Part shown: piece by piece, positions 34,001-37,521 of the stretch
Numbering within the stretch: the first letter of the stretch is position 1
Layout: every line of letters starts with the position of its first letter
From: Oscillospiraceae bacterium
GTDB lineage: Bacteria > Bacillota > Clostridia > Oscillospirales > CAG-272
Reading direction: 5' to 3'
Assembly: GCA_015063685.1 (NCBI GenBank)
Contig: SVTR01000015.1
Coordinates: forward strand, 400 to 64,399
DNA: 64,000 nucleotides
The notes under the pieces: generated by a model
What the model saw: only the letters and a program-made list of their open reading frames with translations
Databases searched by the model: none
What the model was told of the DNA's origin: nothing
Translations under genes and position numbers: made by a program

Positions 34001-35988
34001 TTACCTGGATCGTGGGCGACAGCCGATTTGAGGAAACCTATGAGTATGGCGATTGGCCTTACTTCACGGGCAATACCGGTAAGGAAGCAGACGGATGTAT
34101 CAGCTACACCTTCACAGGCTGGGATCAGGAGATCGATTACGTCTACGGTGATACGACTTACACGGCGCAGTACACAACCGGTTACAGCCACGTTGGTGAG
34201 AGGGAATATACCTACGTGGACGAGACGTATCACAAGGTCGTCTGCTCTACCTGCGGCATGACGCTGAACGAGGCCGAGGAGCATTTGGACCATAACGGCT
34301 ACTGCCCCTGCGGTGCCACCATTTCCAACGCGGTGGCAACAGTCAGCAAGAACGGCGAGATCGTCGGCGCGTACACCTCCATAGACGATGCCATTCGGGT
34401 GGCGAGTTATTGCACCGCTGACGACGAGGCAGTGGTGACCCTCCAAAAGGACGTTGCCCTGGGCAACAGCTATCTGACCATCTATTCCGGCGTGTTTACC
34501 ATTGACTTGAACGGCCATGAGATCAGCAGTACCATTGCCAGTTTGGGTACCGTGTATATCAGCGGATCTTCCGTCGACGTTACCATCCGAGGCCTCGGCG
34601 AGAGCAGTAAGATCACAGGCAACAATTCAGGCATCATAATCTTTAATGGCAAGCTGACGATTGCCGACGGCAATATCAGCGGTTATTACGGCGTGTACGC
34701 TTTGGGAGGCTCCGTGATCATCAGCGGTGGCACCGTCAACGGTGATGACGGCGTATATGCGGCTAACAGTAACTTAACCATCAGCGGCGGCAACATCAGC
34801 GGTTATTACGGTGTGTATGCTTCTAACAGCACCGTGACCATCAGCGGCGGCACCTTCAGCGGCGACCGCTACGCTGTGCGTGCCGGAAGCAGTAGCCTGG
34901 TGACCATCAGCGGTGGCTCGATCAGCGGCGATTACAATGATCTCTACAGCAGTTCTTCCACCATCACCCTGACGACGGACGAAAATGGCGTGGGTGCCAC
35001 CTTCCCCGGCGGTATCAATGTCAATTACAGCATCACCCTCCATGAGATCCTTGGCGAGGGAGCGGCCTACTGGCAGGGCGACCAAAAGATCACTCCTTCC
35101 GATTACGCAACCGAAATCACCGGCGGCGACGTGGTCATCAAGGCTTCGAGTCACGCCGAGATCATGGGAGCTACGGTCACCGTCGGCACTGACCTTGCCA
35201 TGAACTACTATGTCTCCATGAGTGACGACTACAAGGATGCCGTGATGTACTTCACCATGTCCAACGGCAAGACCGCCGAGGTCAAGGGTACGCTGTTCGA
35301 TGCCGAAAAGAAGATCTACGTCTTTACCTTCAACCAACTGCCGCCTCAGACCATGGGCGACACCATTGATGCGGTCCTCAAGCTGAACGGCGAGACGCTG
35401 GCAGAGAAGACGGGCTACAGCATCAAGGCGTACGCAGAGTCTCTGCTGGCAGACGAAACGAGCACGGATGAATTGAAGCAGCTGGTCAGCGATATGCTCC
35501 ACTACGGCGCGGCGGCACAGACCTACAGAAACTACAAGGCAGATGCTCTTGTCAATGACGCAGAGGACATTCTGACAGCTTCCGAGGCTACACCTGCCGA
35601 GAGCGATATGACCATCGCTCAGAGTATCAGCCCGACCGTTGGCTTTACCTCCGTGGGCGTGTGGTTCGACTACAACAACAAGATCTACGTCAAGGTCACC
35701 GATGCCGAGAACGTCACACTGGTGGTCAAGATCGGCGATCGAGCCGTGGATGTCACCCGGGAGGGAACAACCTTCATGACCGATGCCATCTACGCCACGG
35801 ACTTTGATACCGTTTATACCTTCGAGCTGTACGAAAACGGCACGCTTGTCCAAACCCTCACCTACAGCGTTAAGTCTTACGTTTTTGCCATGAAGGACAG
35901 CCGAAACGAAAAGATGACCGCGCTGGCCAACGCCCTGTACGCTTACGGTAAGTCAGCCGAAGCGTACAAGACCGGCCTCACTTCTTGA
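22075..35988 (+). CDS. Giant secreted multidomain surface protein (4637 aa): BspA-type LRRs, helical region, Ig/CarboxypepD_reg-like, His/Cys module, Listeria-Bacteroides repeats, beta-helix, C-terminal domain X
   Basis: ATG 22075 follows AGGAGG (22061-22066) and gives MLNAKKRIISIFLAVVMLISALPLSAFA. About 975 aa of LRR_5-type repeats lie at ~24010-26940 (IPEGVTEIGAEAFYGCENLEKIVLPSTL...). DPLIDPAGFIYEAV at ~32218. F.GW repeats at ~33780-34190. TISGG rungs at ~34490-34980. No LPXTG motif or C-terminal TM segment. Confidence 0.9.
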   Translation: MLNAKKRIISIFLAVVMLISALPLSAFAATVEALPDPESATEEELIKHRSELLEVADEAGFATEYELFFSVLEDLDERGEFWQYNNFALYCRSMSDELLLELLGYLRKYISAGAVAGYSAVSATEEFFDEQAYNIYYTFFAREEFLGLIRAEDLKQFETTPMFTKNLPAYYYYPTEADLPNELELTVELSPAVMAAIDGVGAHWIASTGGHYSHNLLEENPDVDMEFVGNRATLRLSADDILKFAGDVQTNHYSSTGGFWVRYYAGGYLSDPCYIAIGTNAFFEGSPSYGSMAQDTLTLDFNTDRLPEGTQVIYEWNLSAAVPEWVLQGNFDDSMWDGPFTTTEPVLTVEDIKNSYYLEYLNSQSDPITAEELWERTTYISCQVFWQVDGKDYYLNTPILPVFGGESGEVGPDRSWTYDPISSFEVFGYYTYVEPGATVTSNVFTLADDTAIDCTLFYNEYIDGRNQQFIISDQGTTFTVPVSADARRPRTEYRVSYSATAPNGKTYFGGGGSTVLNVYPEDLLVYTGSGQYDEILGEKILYKDVAKSTASTNIFSLAPMALYHNGVLYTTGSSSSSSALKVNWYTNTVKSYDGATLHSSNRSYFQTRPQTEGEYYVFCVVSAGDFSYTSEILTYNVIDPAALTENRYLITSDGTLYSVFSNDEVVTIPETINGITVKTIAGKTFGTETYGTAEYDRCPYMTTLILPDTVETLEPTAVPSCVTTLEMGDGIKHIEGLPGSIEKLVIPEGVETLYIPQVSVLEIQSPKTIELLNEMDAEIEVGTLILPEGLEIIGEGGLEFSVDANEVVLPSTLKVFAPVKSFFVREKMELPEGLEVFDGGRIVTEYWDRYQGSDIVIDYNFYYDGKTLVFPESLKTLGHPGILWNVTELDLPQGFIPGEYFFERTSIETYIIPAGMTVIPEGLFENSALRVIVIPEGVTEIGAEAFYGCENLEKIVLPSTLTKIGDGAFDGCSALTELVIPPSVTSIGDRAFKGCSAVERVVIPASVTELGAYAFYGCYSLQEVIIETLLPELEASVFEGCPSLVNVQIRDGLQRVNGYAFAGCYGITSLDFLPESVSYIGNSAFASAGLEGELVLPAGLLELDGYAFTNTNIAAIRFNDRLTSIGGYAFSNTPLTSVEIPDSVTFIGSGAFCDSSLETVTFGENVSYIGADAFRGTYLTEYTVPKKVTKLMGGTIAETYITQVNLDPAGEGILSYVGPYAFQYSNIESIVFPESVTYLGKGVCQDCYYLESVVLPGSITRIREAAFECCESLTDVQITAELERIDGWAFCGCTSLNGIVLPDTLEIIGESAFCDCISLEIADLPDSLISVEKFSFRGTKLAKIELGENVTYVGNCAFQDCAEVTSITLNSKLGYIGDYAFDGCVLVTELTIPESVNNIGDHFIRGTAIEEIVLPSSLSFIPAFTDNTVIKKVTCASTDIQHLWGSTFANCTALEEVDVYSGEWIGSNCFLNCPSLKYFHVSYQTEDIRKSAFEGCTSMSLITFGGKDSILKHIGEKAFSGCESITAFDLPETLVSIGSRAFEKTAITSIIVPAKVTSIGTSPIFNELSGTHTGYGDTCFYDCPELERIVFLEREGAFMPVYSLAEYCPKLAEVFLPSSVGWMITENGFDMEIFGDTTFSFSLKNYNQSKLDGYVPTAYYRYGVYESGADYSDTSYSSIYKPGDTFTCIPFTSDYDAQKAYWEFFREQTELCVENGYGAVEFVELNEYLKAMTVLSSFGVKVMAGDEDITDKVQIDWYINWLEDNVLTTGAKLDGFAMVSDTFRYRFTVTLDEAYAFDYEGYDSGEFELKSTMDGQVVVVNLVKREKGTVEIELPEGVKDDPGVSVSVLQTQSDLLRELETEIVDGKITLQAAPSANLLVYVLCDGYYKYTGSVAAEDIQAAIDANTPYKLAVEMEKLPVSGTFSAKFSIYDILPDGDEETEMLESFDGISVEIRNVTKGTTCEDYTLQFPYVIINNYEEFFELTDELTVTVTPDPSLEMYGFTAVLNPGDSENYGDTEGTLNRYGAMYIRPVLPEDSESGRAIVQVYNAAGNRVSIDIVESGELLIRRFADGTYTVTVSEQNRYLNAAEKLSQFTACGWTANEDYYRTNVTLKAPCYQVLDVETPLAPDASFLIKEEPKVTKRELRLSPYEYTFWPYYTELTFDMVLDTDFQLRNTTLLLSIPSTLEIFHIMQVEQAFGTRMTYTDRYLSDDGLTMYYEYSINDLTQREGRLNFVVYLRYKEDVVSFDQITDQYCTATIVTDATVDGVASRYYAAAGSVSMLDKEMLSRMVSVSHAPAISDKTGINAMVTAPAGSEVDLYADGVLVAQGITNYTGLAVLRYDAPFKWLWWEYEVYAVVRIANTGIEFTTDPVSVECNEDLAIPVKIEGEIVIRDAETGEVVFPTSYDPDNVISVNFQTGERKNIVLRSALDSTEGKRYDIYETFRATFDNNNAGFARDAAIVIRYTDIYGSEKEEYLWTEYDEDSSCYITTKTIRNVAYDPATLLTVMQLPTHMGVEWETAADAAGITLMPGQMEAIAERMKEQDRTPFQNMFCFEDGLENTIYALMDPVKTDPLFQYYPAEMQADIISDYQYAQDFEFMMNNAFEEVFGFSPEDMSEEDYLALMSNTKTGSIDESVTAASLRQRGFMEIPVYGEENGVFIANTDAGFEVYDFSADYHMSYDTDAWMDVFTSYVPAQNMQTLTMRTMAANGSKASGDSLSKYVDGIHDQYVADLIDSTYENYQDNQAFMENIIYHGLEGMAKWVADKLSEYYEDSFFDYMLGKKNPALNGLGNLIGEGLSFLKDQVPEKWMDWDWDKDRLINMYYDESGNPSVELTEEGDGFLTQSGLDYVTKVLAKESPAVAGAWIDKGLANAALKGYNINKYQTQRIVAGTLRGSMDFSNASNVYMDFDVYSNNYDVLSSAKDNGLIKVSYVYDPNDRNLIVGASIESNIRGMNHNDALVLSMSTSGSSGTSQTKIYRAMKFRSDLLNEWDKLQKTKGGKMYSKVTGILSYISGLLDSVSAISDTAKALDKMQQAYGEYVNQMLELGAAYAAIDKIYEATKYGDEENMEYFQLYPLYESSIMGQFKLGSMGYDIYGSREAFNKIFEGQAFIWMPWYKLGPDPENPGAAIVVDMGYQRSTLRSYLDEFAAISGPAADALYDEMLANDKIYYHRESPLYLKALTDVSNSLRGAMTELSTLCDQYDNELRLESAHMLTKLLSLVPAKFADPIRLFADATIDAVGLFGFNNDSYTGIYSKGNTNRYNAAVSKLKEKTEKYEEVKRDLSTKGDKGDGVWQRGHYRYVTAEKALKLWDEMAEKNWRYFPWYPSGNKDGKHWEDDPSRIETEGLEDELVFDIGDTAFDLAMEYLGETASHEMECSDPLIDPAGFIYEAVLSNRVEGATVSIYYKDENGNAVLWDAESFGQVSTIVTEEGGYYSWLTPPGNWKVVAEKEGYLTADSTRDTNAVDGWLPVPPPQLDVNIGLVTTVAPTVATANGYTEGVLVEFSQYMDIAGFGGAVTLTVDGESVPCVLTFTDREVSATDASVYYGRKLMVSRQDGQPLIGTAQVTVDGSVKNYAGIALGADYTSEELTVKQYVSEIELTYANLEVKPTEKVTLEGRLLDAFGNPVGGRRVILSSDEKHADLLNEIVFTDRNGYFTFEVEGKDIGFTVIEICPDDSDASVKVTVETKRITSLNKYETNQSGMPTVTVIDPDGTYGSVQISESGVLTLLEGSQLMMNGIGSGQIGYSTVDTDEDPWKCEDYTIFELPVRAEEKTYRIVHLEDGKTYSEALELKVLFAESHVHSLVLIPAREATCATYGNIAHYACSGCGKLFEDAEGTVEITDPNAVWISAYGHSDPVYTNHGDTHSVDYACCDLLDYAYREHDYNNVDHVCVCGDVETFVVTFYYGYDFLWQTEYPYGSILHIADLAIPDSPGDMYVWGGWHDRYGNPLEDGTAVTSDLNFYAYWNYKTFTVTWIVGDSRFEETYEYGDWPYFTGNTGKEADGCISYTFTGWDQEIDYVYGDTTYTAQYTTGYSHVGEREYTYVDETYHKVVCSTCGMTLNEAEEHLDHNGYCPCGATISNAVATVSKNGEIVGAYTSIDDAIRVASYCTADDEAVVTLQKDVALGNSYLTIYSGVFTIDLNGHEISSTIASLGTVYISGSSVDVTIRGLGESSKITGNNSGIIIFNGKLTIADGNISGYYGVYALGGSVIISGGTVNGDDGVYAANSNLTISGGNISGYYGVYASNSTVTISGGTFSGDRYAVRAGSSSLVTISGGSISGDYNDLYSSSSTITLTTDENGVGATFPGGINVNYSITLHEILGEGAAYWQGDQKITPSDYATEITGGDVVIKASSHAEIMGATVTVGTDLAMNYYVSMSDDYKDAVMYFTMSNGKTAEVKGTLFDAEKKIYVFTFNQLPPQTMGDTIDAVLKLNGETLAEKTGYSIKAYAESLLADETSTDELKQLVSDMLHYGAAAQTYRNYKADALVNDAEDILTASEATPAESDMTIAQSISPTVGFTSVGVWFDYNNKIYVKVTDAENVTLVVKIGDRAVDVTREGTTFMTDAIYATDFDTVYTFELYENGTLVQTLTYSVKSYVFAMKDSRNEKMTALANALYAYGKSAEAYKTGLTS

Positions 35989-36016
35989 TCACATCTGAAA
36001 CGAAAGGAGATCGACC

Positions 36017-36166
36017 ATGAAAAAGAAGCTGAACCTTTACGAAAAACCCACGATAGAGATCCTCGTTTTGGAGGTGAAGGATGTTATTACCTCAAGCAGA
36101 GAAGATCCCTCCCCCTTTTTAGGCGAGGAGCAGGACCTCTCAGGATTTTTTGAAAAAAAGAACTGA
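36017..36166 (+). CDS. Small conserved ORF (49 aa), co-transcribed with the giant gene; homolog of 56107..56259
   Basis: Below the ORF-track size cutoff. AAAGGAG SD 7 nt before the ATG. MKKKLNLYEKPTIEILVLEVKDVITSSREDPSPFLGEEQDLSGFFEKKN. Followed by a hairpin at 36173-36199. Confidence 0.5.
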   Translation: MKKKLNLYEKPTIEILVLEVKDVITSSREDPSPFLGEEQDLSGFFEKKN

Positions 36167-36172
36167 TATATT

Positions 36173-36199
36173 GGGGCAGAAGCATTTCGCTTCTGCCCC
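36173..36199 (+). terminator. Hairpin terminator after the small ORF
   Basis: GGGGCAGAAGC-atttc-GCTTCTGCCCC perfect 11-bp stem followed by TTTAC (weak U-tract). Confidence 0.5.
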
Positions 36200-36415
36200 T
36201 TTACGATATCTGTGGTGAAGATCTTGCGTTATCATCGATGATATTCTGAAATCAGGCTTTTTGTCCAATTTCTACAAAAAGATATATGGTTTTGTTCGGA
36301 AAATGGGCGAGCTGAAGATAACAAAAACAATTTTCAAATCCGTTCAAATATGTTATAATACATACAATGAGATAAGTAACTTTTCAGATGGCAGTTGAAT
36401 CAAAGGGAGGATAAG

Positions 36416-37354
36416 ATGAACGATCTGTCCAGACACGGTTATCTTCATAAGGAAGATTTTTTGAAGGATCGCCTGGTATTCATCAACCAATCGATCATCG
36501 ATACGATATATAGACCAGAGATAGCTTTGCCACATATGCACATCCACGATTTTGTGGAGCTGAGTGTTGTGATATCGGGCGAGGGCTATCATCGCACACT
36601 GAATGATTGCTCTGAGTGCTTCCCGGGTGACGTGTACGTCATCAATGCCGGTGCCCCTCATGCCTATTATATCAAAGAAAACGGGCCGGGGCTTGTGGTG
36701 CAGAATCTGATCTTTGATCCGCCGATGCTTCTGGAGGGGGAGCTGGGGAGCCCTGATCATCCGCGCTATTGCTGTGGTTTGTTCCGAGAAGATCCCATGA
36801 TTGCTCACGTTGTGCTGAGTCCGGGGTTTCGGGAGGAGGCTCTGCGTATTATGGATCGCATGGAGAAAGAGCAGGCACGAAAATGGCTGGAATGGGAGGT
36901 GTCCGTCAAGGCTCACCTACTGGATTTTCTCATTATGTGCAGTCGGCGTATCTCCTATCGGGCGAAAGATGCTTACGATAAGCCGATTCCAAAGCTACGG
37001 GATCGTCAAATCGCCATGACAGTCATGCGCACGGTGCTGGAGAGATACAATGAGCCTGAAATGACGCTGGAAAGGATTGCCGATGAGGCGTTTATCAGCA
37101 AATCCCACCTGAGCTATATTTTTCAGCAGGTAACCGGCATGCGCTTTTCGGATTACGTTTCCAACGTTCGTTTGGAACAGACCTACCGCTTGCTTTCGGA
37201 AACGAAAATGACCAACGAACAAATATGTCACGCATGCGGATTTCGGGATCTGCCATCCTTTTACCGCTTTTTTCAAACCCATGCAGGCATGACGCCTGCG
37301 GCTTATCGAAAACAAAACAAACCTAAATCAAACGCAGAAAATACAGAAAAATAA
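36416..37354 (+). CDS. AraC-family transcriptional regulator
   Basis: ATG 36416 follows AGGGAGG. Cupin-like N-terminal half (HMHIHDFVELSVVISGEGYH). C-terminal AraC HTH (LERIADEAFISKSHLSYIFQQVTGMRFSDYV...GFRDLPSFYRFFQTHAGMTPAAYRK). TGTTATAAT extended -10 at 36351-36359. Confidence 0.85.
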   Translation: MNDLSRHGYLHKEDFLKDRLVFINQSIIDTIYRPEIALPHMHIHDFVELSVVISGEGYHRTLNDCSECFPGDVYVINAGAPHAYYIKENGPGLVVQNLIFDPPMLLEGELGSPDHPRYCCGLFREDPMIAHVVLSPGFREEALRIMDRMEKEQARKWLEWEVSVKAHLLDFLIMCSRRISYRAKDAYDKPIPKLRDRQIAMTVMRTVLERYNEPEMTLERIADEAFISKSHLSYIFQQVTGMRFSDYVSNVRLEQTYRLLSETKMTNEQICHACGFRDLPSFYRFFQTHAGMTPAAYRKQNKPKSNAENTEK

Positions 37355-37440
37355 ATTTACGGAGGATATTAGCGTGAAAGTGTAAAGATCCCAAACCCGA
37401 AGATCACTGTTTCACGCACAATTCTCCCTAAAATGGAGCC

Positions 37441-37521
37441 CAACCCATTTTGTCGCTAAAGCGACACGGTCGAATTTCAAACTATATTTGTGCCGCCTAC
37501 GGCGGCGGAATGGAGATTAAA
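37441..37521 (+). promoter_or_regulatory. Conserved 5' leader with two hairpins (copy 2 of 3)
   Basis: cccattttGTCGCtaaaGCGACACGGTCGAATTTcaaactataTTTGTGCCGCCtacGGCGGCGGAATGGAGATTAAAATG. Matches 43970-44048 and partly 19772-19815. Confidence 0.4.

Noticed and set aside
22693-34518. Very long minus-strand ORFs inside the giant gene (22693..24711, 25162..27018, 27103..28320, 28351..30738, 32011..34518). Analogous antisense ORFs occur elsewhere: 5811..7898, 8783..10720, 12138..13721, 13583..14854, 16551..18080, 18276..19166, 37900..40212, 40428..41627, 42231..44027, 46308..47522, 49155..50969, 56293..57444, 57804..59471 and 60924..61592.
   Set aside because: Each lies antisense to a gene with clear domain content and a good SD/signal peptide. 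Their translations are G/V/R/H/D-rich with no recognisable motifs. They lack ribosome-binding sites. They are the expected by-product of strong GC3 bias on the coding strand.
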